The notes below the pieces were generated by a model that was not told the DNA's origin, did not search any database, and saw only the letters and a list, made by a program, of their open reading frames with translations. Below, in pieces: positions 8,220 to 15,670 of a DNA stretch of 24,000 nucleotides. Source of the stretch: Paenibacillus uliginis N3/975 (GTDB lineage: Bacteria; Bacillota; Bacilli; Paenibacillales; Paenibacillaceae); contig NZ_LT840184.1 in assembly GCF_900177425.1 (NCBI RefSeq), forward strand, positions 395,838 to 419,837. The letters are read 5' to 3'. The position numbers and the translations under genes were made by a program. How positions within the stretch are numbered: the stretch's first letter is position 1; each line of letters starts with the position of its first letter.

Positions 8220-9227
8220 ATGCATCAAGTACTAATTAGTGACCCTACTTTGCGTGATGGATCACATGCTGTTCGTCATCAAATAACATTTGAACATATG
8301 ATGTTGTACGCTGAACTAGCTGAGGCTGCGGGGATACCCATTCTAGAAGTTGGGCATGGTAACGGATTAGGGGCCTCATCCTTGCAATTGGGTAAAAGCC
8401 TTGTATCAGACGCCCATATGTTAATAGGCTGTAGAGAAAAGTTGGTTAATACTAAGTTGGGTATCCATGTAATACCAGGTTTTGCGACTATTAATAAAGA
8501 CTTGAAAAATGCAATAGATATTGGTGTAAACGTTGTTCGTGTAGCTTCTCACTGTACTGAGGCTGATATTACGAAGTGTCATATCGAGTATGCAAGAGAA
8601 AGAGACGTTGAGGCATTTGGAGTGCTAATGATGTCGCATATGGCATCGGCGACAAAGTTGCTTGAAGAAGCAAAAAAAATGCAAAGTTATGGTGCTCAAG
8701 CTGTTATCCTTATGGATTCTGCGGGAGCCTATTTCCCTAGCGATGTTAGCGAGAGAATAACTAGATTAGTTCATGATCTTGAGATTCCCGTAGGATTTCA
8801 TGCGCACAATAATTTAGGGATGGCGATTGCCAATTCGATTACTGCTCTTGAGAGTGGGGCTGTAATTCTAGATGGAACAATTAGAGGATTCGGTGCTGGA
8901 GCAGGAAATGCTCAACTTGAATTGTTAGTTGCAGTGTTAGAGAGACTGGGATATAAAACAGGTATTGATCTATATAAATTGTTAGATGCTGCTGATATTG
9001 CTGAATCACATTTCGCCAAGGTCCCATATGTGAGTTCAACAAATATTGTGAGTGGACTTTCAGGTGTTTTCTCTGGGTTTGCTAAGCCAGTCGAGAGAAT
9101 ATCTAGGGAGTTTGGTTTAGATCCTAAAGATATCTTCTTCGAATTAGGGCGTAGAAAGGTTGTCGCAGGTCAAGAAGACATAATCCTCGAAGTTGCAGTA
9201 TCATTATCACAAAAGTCGGGTGAGTAA
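8220..9227 (+). CDS. 4-hydroxy-2-oxovalerate aldolase, DmpG/MhpE/BphI family (class II pyruvate aldolase)
   Basis: ISDPTLRDGSHAVRHQ, HAHNNLGMAIANSITALESGA and DGTIRGFGAGAGNAQLELLVAVLERLGYKTGIDLYKLLDAAD match the DmpG catalytic and communication-domain motifs. The start is re-set to the ATG at 8220 (SD GAGGAG, 6-nt spacer), 1 nt after the DmpF-like stop. The track start at 8193 overlaps the upstream gene. Confidence 0.87.
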   Translation: MHQVLISDPTLRDGSHAVRHQITFEHMMLYAELAEAAGIPILEVGHGNGLGASSLQLGKSLVSDAHMLIGCREKLVNTKLGIHVIPGFATINKDLKNAIDIGVNVVRVASHCTEADITKCHIEYARERDVEAFGVLMMSHMASATKLLEEAKKMQSYGAQAVILMDSAGAYFPSDVSERITRLVHDLEIPVGFHAHNNLGMAIANSITALESGAVILDGTIRGFGAGAGNAQLELLVAVLERLGYKTGIDLYKLLDAADIAESHFAKVPYVSSTNIVSGLSGVFSGFAKPVERISREFGLDPKDIFFELGRRKVVAGQEDIILEVAVSLSQKSGE

Positions 9228-9231
9228 TGAT

Positions 9232-10176
9232 ATGTTGAAAAAGAATCATGTTAATATTGCTATCATAGGAGCAACAGGCCATATTGCGAAAAACCTGATT
9301 GTTGGATTAAGTAATGAACGAAAATATAACTTATTATTATTTGCTCGTAATCATAACAAACTTAATCAATTTATTAATTGTTGTGTTAGTAATAAAAAAA
9401 ATATTTCAATTCATTATTTTGATAATTTCTTGCTAGGTGAATTTGATGTAATTATTAATTGTATCGGCATTGGTAATCCTACTGTCTTAACTCAGTCATA
9501 TGCACATATATTTAGCATAACAGAGGAATTTGATAATTTAATATTAGAGTACCTGCATAAGAACACGAGTACTTTATATATTAACTTCAGTAGCGGTGCA
9601 GCATATGGAGCTGACTTTTATTCACCAGCAACAGTTGATAAACATGCTTTATTTAGCATTAATAATATAAGTACAAATGATTACTACTCGATCGCGAAGC
9701 TGAATTCTGAGAAAAAGCACAGAGCATATTCTAACTTTAGCATCATAGATTTAAGAATCTTTGGCTTCTTTAGTAGATATATAGATTTGAAAAATGCTTA
9801 TTTTATGAATGACTTACTTCGAAGTGTGAGAGATGGAGTAAAATTCATAACCAGCAGTGATGATATGTTTAGGGACTACATACATCCCATTGATTTATTG
9901 AATATTATACAAAAGTGTATTGAGTTACAAACAGTTAACGATGTATTTGATGTGTATAGTCTGAATCCGGCTTCTAAGTTTGAAATTGTGGATCTTTTTA
10001 AAAAGACATACAACATTGAGGTACAAGTTCAGGATGTTCGTTTTGATTCTCCAACTGGAAATAAGTTAAATTATTACTCAGAAAACTATAACTTAGAGAG
10101 TATAGGTTATACACCTAGATATACTTCACTCGAAACAGTTAGTAGTGAAACCAAAGCTATCTTCAACTTGGTGTGA
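9232..10176 (+). CDS. NAD(P)-dependent SDR-family oxidoreductase (epimerase/reductase; candidate sugar or branch ketoreductase)
   Basis: The N-terminal Rossmann motif is NIAIIGATGHIAKNLI. The YxxxK motif is YYSIAKLNSE. The start is re-set to the ATG at 9232, 4 nt after the aldolase stop. The gene is extremely AT-rich and its specificity cannot be determined from sequence. Confidence 0.7.
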   Translation: MLKKNHVNIAIIGATGHIAKNLIVGLSNERKYNLLLFARNHNKLNQFINCCVSNKKNISIHYFDNFLLGEFDVIINCIGIGNPTVLTQSYAHIFSITEEFDNLILEYLHKNTSTLYINFSSGAAYGADFYSPATVDKHALFSINNISTNDYYSIAKLNSEKKHRAYSNFSIIDLRIFGFFSRYIDLKNAYFMNDLLRSVRDGVKFITSSDDMFRDYIHPIDLLNIIQKCIELQTVNDVFDVYSLNPASKFEIVDLFKKTYNIEVQVQDVRFDSPTGNKLNYYSENYNLESIGYTPRYTSLETVSSETKAIFNLV

Positions 10177-10368
10177 TATCCCTATATCATCCATAATCTC
10201 TAGATTGGAGACCGTTGGTTGGAGAAACCTCTAGTAAGAGGTCAGTCATTGTTTCGATGAGTTAATTTATGCAACTAACTTGAAGCATTAGTGTTATTTA
10301 GGAAACAGTCTTATCGAATTTACAAAATCAATAGATCACTTGAGGTTCATTGATCTTCACTTTTATGT

Positions 10369-10416
10369 AAAGAAAGACCCGCAAGAGCGAAAAAGTCTCC
10401 TTGCGGGTCTTTCTTT
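10369..10416. terminator. Bidirectional rho-independent terminator between convergent genes
   Basis: A perfect 17-bp stem, AAAGAAAGACCCGCAAG (10369-10385) pairing with CTTGCGGGTCTTTCTTT (10400-10416), encloses a 14-nt loop. The A/T runs within the arms give a U-tract on both strands. It sits between the SDR stop (10176) and the minus-strand GT2 stop (10424). Confidence 0.8.
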
Positions 10417-10423
10417 GCATATT

Positions 10424-12286
10424 TTATTGTAACTTTGCGTTAATAAAGCTGAAGCCTTCTTCAATTAATTTCAAATCCTTCTGATAATGGAGGCGGTCAC
10501 TACTTACATTTGTTTTATAGAATTGTTCATTAGAACAGAATTGATACGCCTTTTCATTCAATTCCCGTAGGTCCAAATTTGTTTTACTGTAAAATGCTTG
10601 AATTGAGATGGCAACTAGAATACAGGTTTTTGAACAAAGCTGCAAGTACATCTTTCTACGAAGGTCAATATCTTCTTTATATATTTCTAAATCTCTAAAA
10701 AACACTGCGAAATCTTCGTGTTGCTCCAATCTTCCTTCAATCGATGCATAGTAAGGTATGATTAATTTCTCTATTTCAACTTCATCGCAGTCCGTTTTTT
10801 CAGCCAGACCTTCGTGTATTAGTACTAGTTCTGTACTCTGTACATGACCATATTGGCATAACAGCATCTCCCACACCATATGAGGATACCAAAAGCATGC
10901 ACTATTACTTATATTAACTTTGATATATTGAATACCATTAGCTTTTTGAAGAAGTTTATTACTATATATAATACCTGACATGTAATTAGAGGACAGCATA
11001 AATTGTAACATTGCTTCTTTACCCATAGATGCAATTTTATTGGATTGTTTACTTTGTGATGAAGTTGATGCTCTAAAAATGGATAGTGTCTCTTTAGATT
11101 TATTTAGACTATCCATAATTATACTGAGAACTTTGGAATCGATTTGATCCTCATCGCTCAATAGTAAAATGAATTCTCCCTTTGCTAGCTCGCACACTTT
11201 ACAACAGTTCAGCGCGTATCCTTGGTTTTCTTCAAAGGCAAAGTATGTTAATCTTGCATCTTCAATTTCACTAATTTTTTCATAGTATGCTTTTGTTTCA
11301 TTTTGAGTCCCATTGTTGGATAATATAATTTCAATTTCTTCATTGTAATGGAATTGCAGTAACTGGATGATGTTTTCATATGCTTTGTGTCCTCTGTTAT
11401 AGCTTGGGATACAAATGCTCAGTAGTATGCGATTTCCGTTTCTATGTTCTTTACTTATACGAGTGTTGTGGATATCTGAAAGAACATTCTTGCTTACATC
11501 AGATTTGTCCTCTGTCAGGTCAATTATATTATAAGGAAGTATTGAGTTAGTAGTTAACAGGTACTCCTTCAATTTATATAGATTGTCGAAAATCATTATA
11601 TTTGAAATATCGTCTAACAACGATCCTTGTAAGCAGGATAAAAACTTGTCTATCTGATTTATTATTATGTATGACTTTTTGTTAAGTTTCCTTGTAGCGT
11701 TAGTAATGGCTACAATATTATTCCAATCCCATTCTTCAAGTACTAAAAAGTCAGAAAAAGCATCTGAAATGGTTACGGAGGGTATCTGTTGATATTGATA
11801 TAATGATATTTTTTCTTTTATCAGCTGCTGCTCTTTATCATACAAGTAGTATTCATTCTGAACGCCCGTTGGAAGCAACCAAAAAGATAACTCTTGAAAT
11901 GGTAGGCTATTCTCGATATATAGATATGAATTTTTATTTAAGTATTCAATGTTAGCCTCATAGTTATCTTGGAATTCATTTAAATTAGGCTCGATAAAAG
12001 CTTCATAGAGCACTTTTTCTATTTCCTCTCTTGAATATCCATTTTCTTGTGCTTTAATGAGCATCATAAAAAATGAATCAAACTCAGATACTCTGAACAG
12101 GAAATATGCAAATGAGAGGTAGACCCTTGCCAGTAAATAATGGGAGTTGCTGTTCTCTCTTTCTAGTTCTTCAATAAGCTCGATATAACTATTGTACGCC
12201 TCATCCACCAACCCGGTATTAACCTGATCATCTATTTTTACTAAAGCTTGATTTATTCGTTGTTCTAATAGATTGTCATTTATCAT
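10424..12286 (-). CDS. Multidomain glycosyltransferase family 2 protein (central GT-A domain flanked by uncharacterised N- and C-terminal regions)
   Basis: 620 aa. The central segment LSICIPSYNRGHKAYENI...IILSNNGTQNET...ENQGYALNCCKVCELAKGEFILLLSDEDQID is a typical GT2 core with a DxD-like SDED. About 290 aa N-terminal (helical-repeat-like start) and ~220 aa C-terminal match nothing I recognise. The SD AGAGGA lies upstream of the ATG on the minus strand. Confidence 0.7.
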   Translation of the reverse strand: MINDNLLEQRINQALVKIDDQVNTGLVDEAYNSYIELIEELERENSNSHYLLARVYLSFAYFLFRVSEFDSFFMMLIKAQENGYSREEIEKVLYEAFIEPNLNEFQDNYEANIEYLNKNSYLYIENSLPFQELSFWLLPTGVQNEYYLYDKEQQLIKEKISLYQYQQIPSVTISDAFSDFLVLEEWDWNNIVAITNATRKLNKKSYIIINQIDKFLSCLQGSLLDDISNIMIFDNLYKLKEYLLTTNSILPYNIIDLTEDKSDVSKNVLSDIHNTRISKEHRNGNRILLSICIPSYNRGHKAYENIIQLLQFHYNEEIEIILSNNGTQNETKAYYEKISEIEDARLTYFAFEENQGYALNCCKVCELAKGEFILLLSDEDQIDSKVLSIIMDSLNKSKETLSIFRASTSSQSKQSNKIASMGKEAMLQFMLSSNYMSGIIYSNKLLQKANGIQYIKVNISNSACFWYPHMVWEMLLCQYGHVQSTELVLIHEGLAEKTDCDEVEIEKLIIPYYASIEGRLEQHEDFAVFFRDLEIYKEDIDLRRKMYLQLCSKTCILVAISIQAFYSKTNLDLRELNEKAYQFCSNEQFYKTNVSSDRLHYQKDLKLIEEGFSFINAKLQ

Positions 12287-12499
12287 GAGTATTCATCCTC
12301 TTTTTTAGAATATAATATATGTCGGCATTATCTTGCTAGTATTAAAGAGGTCTCGTAGATTTAAGGGTACTTCTCGCCGTTTTCCACGAAAATCAATGTT
12401 GTTACATTTTTCCCCCACACCTGTTTCGCCTCCCCCTCATCAGGTTAAGAACCAATGACACCGTTTTCATTTTCCGTAAAACTCATACCTTTAACTCCA

Positions 12500-12529
12500 T
12501 TGACAATGGATATCTTTGGATGATATAGT
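12500..12529 (+). promoter_or_regulatory. Sigma-A-type promoter for cspB
   Basis: TTGACA (12500-12505), an 18-nt spacer, then TATAGT (12524-12529) preceded by TG (extended -10). It lies ~63 nt upstream of the csp ATG, consistent with a csp 5' UTR. Confidence 0.55.
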
Positions 12530-12592
12530 CGGAAATGTGGACAAAAGGTGTCTACACACACTTTTATTTGATGATGAAGGGAATGTTAGTGC

Positions 12593-12790
12593 ATGCAAGG
12601 TAAAGTTAAATGGTTCAACGCAGAGAAGGGTTATGGCTTCATTGAAACTGAAGACGGCGGCGACGTATTTGTACATTTTTCCGCAATCCAGTCGGAAGGC
12701 TTCAAGACTCTGGAAGAAGGACAATCCGTAGAGTTCGAAATCGTTGAAGGTGCCCGCGGACCGCAAGCAGCTAACGTAATCAATATATAA
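12593..12790 (+). CDS. cspB: Cold-shock protein (CspA/CspB family, single CSD)
   Basis: The sequence [62 protein letters not shown] contains the RNP1 (KGYGFI) and RNP2 (VFVHF) motifs. It is close to B. subtilis CspB. Confidence 0.95.
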   Translation: MQGKVKWFNAEKGYGFIETEDGGDVFVHFSAIQSEGFKTLEEGQSVEFEIVEGARGPQAANVINI

Positions 12791-12856
12791 TCATCCCGGC
12801 TCAGCCGACCTACATATGCGGTATAGATGGTTAACAATTGAAGATTCGGTAGCGAC

Positions 12857-12886
12857 AGACTCCGGTGAATGCCGGAGTCTTTTTTT
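12857..12886 (+). terminator. Rho-independent terminator of cspB
   Basis: A 9-bp stem, AGACTCCGG (12857-12865) pairing with CCGGAGTCT (12872-12880), has a 6-nt loop and is followed by T6 (12881-12886). Confidence 0.85.
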
Positions 12887-13409
12887 GTTGCGTGCCCAGA
12901 AGCACGCATTATCTAGTTGGTGAAAGTCCAACCGAAGGAGGGTCCAAGCCACCTTCGTAGCTAGGACACCTGCGTATGGAGAAATCCATGCGTAGAAGCG
13001 TGTCGACGAAAGTATCTGTCAGTGACAGGGCGAGCAATATGCCAGGCCGTAACATAAAGTGAATCCTGCCGCGTCGTCAAAAGGGCCTCGCAAGAGGGAA
13101 AAGAGGGAGCCGAGTCTTGAGCAAATGGGCGAAGGCCAAGGAAGCTGTAAAGAACTTGGAGCAACAGCGAAGAATCCTCCGGCGTAAGGGGATCGGCATG
13201 GGATAAAAGATAATGCAGTGAACTGGGGAGACCCTCCCCTGCACAGAAAAAAAAACTGTAAAAGGATGCTCTATAAGCCAAAAGTGAAATGAGTTATTCG
13301 CAGGAAGGGAGTCCGAGGGGTTCATAGTACTGAAAAACTGCAGGACAACATAACCTGCGGGAGGGAAGGAACCCTGCTTTGTTCATGTTTCTTAAGGAGG
13401 TACGAGTCA

Positions 13410-14701
13410 GTGAATGCCAACAGGCTAACAACACCAAAGGAAAACGTTCAACAACTCCAAGAGAAACTAGGTCATGCGGCCAAGGAAAACAAAAAGCGCA
13501 GATTTCACGCGCTGTACGATAAGGTATATCGGATGGATATATTGTGGGAAGCATGGCGAAGAGTGCGAGCCAATAAAGGTTCCGCAGGAGTAGATGGCCA
13601 GACCCTAAAAGAGATTGAAGAAAAAGGGGAATTCGTCTTTATCCATGAATGTCATCGGCTCCTTAAAGAAGGTGCTTACCACCCGCAACCTGTACGGAGA
13701 CACTACATCCCAAAGAAGGATGGAAAGCAAAGACCGTTAGGCATACCAACCATCCGAGATCGCGTCATACAGATAGCGACTAAACTGGTCATGGAACCAA
13801 TTTTGAAGCGGATTTTCAAGAAGTATCATTTGGTTTTCGCCCCAAACGGGGTGCAAAAGGAGCGCTTGACCGCATCCGTAAAGCCTGTAACCGTAAAGGA
13901 AATTGGGTGGTCGACGTCGACATCCAAGGCTACTTTGACAACATTAATCAAGAGAAACTAATGAAACTGGTAGAAATGCGAATCAGTGACAGACGAGTGT
14001 TGAAACTAGTACGAAAGTGGCTAACGGCAGGAGTCATGGAAGAAGGAACAGTAAGGCGCTCGGATCTTGGGACACCACAAGGTGGTGTCATATCACCGTT
14101 ATTGGCAAACATCTATTTAAACTACTTCGATGTGCTATGGGAAAAGCATGGCAGTAAACTAGGTGAACTAACACGATATGCGGATGACTTTGTGGTTGTT
14201 TGCAAGACGAAGAAAGATGCGGAGCATACATACAAGCTCATACGCACCATAATGGAACGCCTAGAATTAACGCTGCACCCGACAAAAACTCGAATCGTGG
14301 GATTATGGACAGGAGAAAAAGGTTTTGACTTTCTTGGAATGCACCATCGCAAGGCGAGAGCAGAAACGGCTAGAAGTCAAGGGTATTACACGACCCAACA
14401 ATGGTTAACGAAGAAGGCTGAAAAGCGAATTCGGGAAGTTATTAAAGAGCGGTTAGCGCCACCGAGTATGCGAAAGATATCTGTTCAAGAACATATTGAA
14501 TGGCTCAATCCCAAAATACAAGGATGGCGTAACTATTATTATACTTCTTATAGCCAACGGAAGTTAGCAAAGCTAGATTGGTACATTATGCAACAGCTCA
14601 GCCGATGGTACGCTAAAAAAAGACAACGGAGAAGATGGATGAGTTCGCTTGCCGAAGTGAAATTCATGACCAAACAATATGGATTAAAGACGCTATTGTA
14701 A
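13410..14701 (+). pseudogene. Group II intron-encoded reverse transcriptase/maturase, interrupted by a single 1-nt frameshift
   Basis: The ORFs at 13410-13961 and 13907-14701 are two halves of one protein. The first half carries RT domains 0-2 (KGSAGVDGQTLKEIE, RPLGIPTIRDRVIQ). The second carries RT 3-7 (VDVDIQGYFDNINQEKL, GTPQGGVISPLLANIYL, the YADDFVV catalytic motif) and the X/maturase domain. Reading ATT TTT GAA instead of the observed ATT TTG AA at 13800-13807 restores EPIFEADFQEVSFGFRPKRGA. The start is a GTG with SD AAGGAGG 9 nt upstream. Confidence 0.88.
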
Positions 14702-14731
14702 TCTGCATGCCCATGAAAGACGAACATCGGA

Positions 14732-14764
14732 AAGCCGTATGAGGGAAAACCTCACGTACGGTTT
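14732..14764 (+). ncRNA. Group II intron domain V (catalytic hairpin)
   Basis: The sequence is AGCCGUAU-GAGG-GAAAA-CCUC-AC-GUACGGUU. It has the AGC catalytic triad, the two-nt AC bulge and a GAAA-type loop, matching the domain V consensus. Confidence 0.85.
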
Positions 14765-14976
14765 GATGAGGAGGGGCTGAAAAAAAACTTCAGCCCTTTA
14801 CTCTAGTGGTTTAAGCAGAAATAAAGAAATGTTTTGAGGGTTTCAAAATAAAAAAGAATACGCTTTTCAGCACCAAATCCCCTTCAAATAAGGGTCTCGC
14901 AACTGTCCCTGAACGGGTTCCTTTATGCTCTATACGAAAGTACTTTTAAGCTCGATAACATACACAATTTCGACTT

Positions 14977-15005
14977 TTTACATGGGCTTAACAAAGTGTT
15001 ATAAT
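14977..15005 (+). promoter_or_regulatory. Sigma-A-type promoter for hpf
   Basis: TTTACA (14977-14982), a 17-nt spacer, then TATAAT (15000-15005) with an upstream TG (extended -10). It lies 25 nt before the hpf ATG. Confidence 0.55.
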
Positions 15006-15029
15006 GAAGGTGCAAAGGAGGAGTGCCCT

Positions 15030-15593
15030 ATGCAATACAGTATTCGAGGTCAACAAATTGAAGTGACCGAAGCTTTAAAGGACTACGTTGACAAGAAGCT
15101 CAACAGACTTGAGAAGTATTTTGATGCACCCCTTACCTCTGAAGGATACGTAACACTAAGTGTCATTCGAGGATTGCACACGGTGGAAGTGACCATTCCG
15201 CTGCCAGGCGTTGTCCTGCGGGCGGAAGATCGAAGCGACGATATGTACGCTTCCATGGACGCTGTTGTGGACAAATTGGAACGACAGATCCGCAAACACA
15301 AGACGAAGTTAAACCGCAAGTTCCGCCAGGAAGGTAGTCTGAAGACGCTGTTTGTGGAGAATGGAGCCGCAACGGGTTCCGTAGCTGTCCAACATGAGGA
15401 ACACGACGAAGATGAATTGGAAGTAGTCCGTACGAAGCGTTTCACCATGAAACCGATGGATGTGGAAGAGGCCATTTTGCAAATGAACATGGTCGGTCAT
15501 AATTTCTTCGTATTCACCAACATTGATTCACAAGAAGTGAATGTCGTTTACAAACGTGATGACGGAAAGTACGGTTTAATCGAGAGGGATTAG
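15030..15593 (+). CDS. hpf: Ribosome hibernation-promoting factor, long form (HPF/YvyD)
   Basis: MQYSIRGQQIEVTEALKDYVDKKLNRLEKYF begins the N-terminal S30AE/RaiA domain. The C-terminal dimerisation domain reads VVRTKRFTMKPMDVEEAILQMNMVGHNFFVFTN. The SD AAGGAGG precedes the ATG at 15030; the track start at 14925 has no SD. It lies upstream of secA, as yvyD does in B. subtilis. Confidence 0.93.
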   Translation: MQYSIRGQQIEVTEALKDYVDKKLNRLEKYFDAPLTSEGYVTLSVIRGLHTVEVTIPLPGVVLRAEDRSDDMYASMDAVVDKLERQIRKHKTKLNRKFRQEGSLKTLFVENGAATGSVAVQHEEHDEDELEVVRTKRFTMKPMDVEEAILQMNMVGHNFFVFTNIDSQEVNVVYKRDDGKYGLIERD

Positions 15594-15670
15594 GCTCACC
15601 GAACTCTTACCGGAAATGTAGCTGTACTCGTACAATCCGAATTTACGGCTTAACATGAAAAGTGGAAGAC

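Larger units (their letters stand above)
12887..14806 (+). mobile_element. Bacterial group II intron, class C (IIC)-like, inserted immediately 3' of the cspB terminator; boundaries approximate (+/- ~5 nt each end)
   Basis: The 5' end G/UUGCGUGCCC resembles GUGYG. Domain I contains GGUGAAAGUCC-type motifs. The RT/maturase ORF lies in domain IV. A canonical domain V is at 14733-14763. A domain VI hairpin (14771-14803) has a bulged A at 14800, ~6-7 nt from the proposed 3' end. The encoded protein lacks an endonuclease domain. Total length is ~1.9 kb. Confidence 0.85.

Noticed and set aside
10195-10240. Short direct repeats (CTCTAG...CTCTAG; TTGGAGA twice) downstream of the SDR gene
   Set aside because: They are only 6-7 nt long and occur twice each. 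That is compatible with chance in ~190 nt of non-coding DNA, and no array or inverted-repeat structure suggests a mobile-element end.
12491-12909. ORFs overlapping cspB on both strands (91, 71 and 92 aa)
   Set aside because: They overlap a perfectly conserved cold-shock gene and its promoter and terminator. Their translations are unrecognisable.
12961-13554. Minus-strand ORFs of 82-106 aa between cspB and the RT gene
   Set aside because: They fall inside domains I-III of the group II intron ribozyme. They have no SD and no recognisable protein features, and the region is explained by structured RNA.
13410-14701. A reverse transcriptase as part of a retron, DRT or Abi-type defence system
   Set aside because: The RT carries a maturase X domain and is embedded between group II ribozyme domains: a canonical domain V and VI downstream and a GUGYG-like 5' end upstream. 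There is no msr/msd-like repeat pair and no effector gene.
14925-15029. N-terminal extension of hpf in the ORF track. Similar extensions occur for secA (15794-15916), the aldolase (8193-8219) and the SDR (9193-9231).
   Set aside because: The homologous protein N-termini begin at internal ATGs that have good SD sequences. The extensions lack SDs and overlap promoters or upstream genes.
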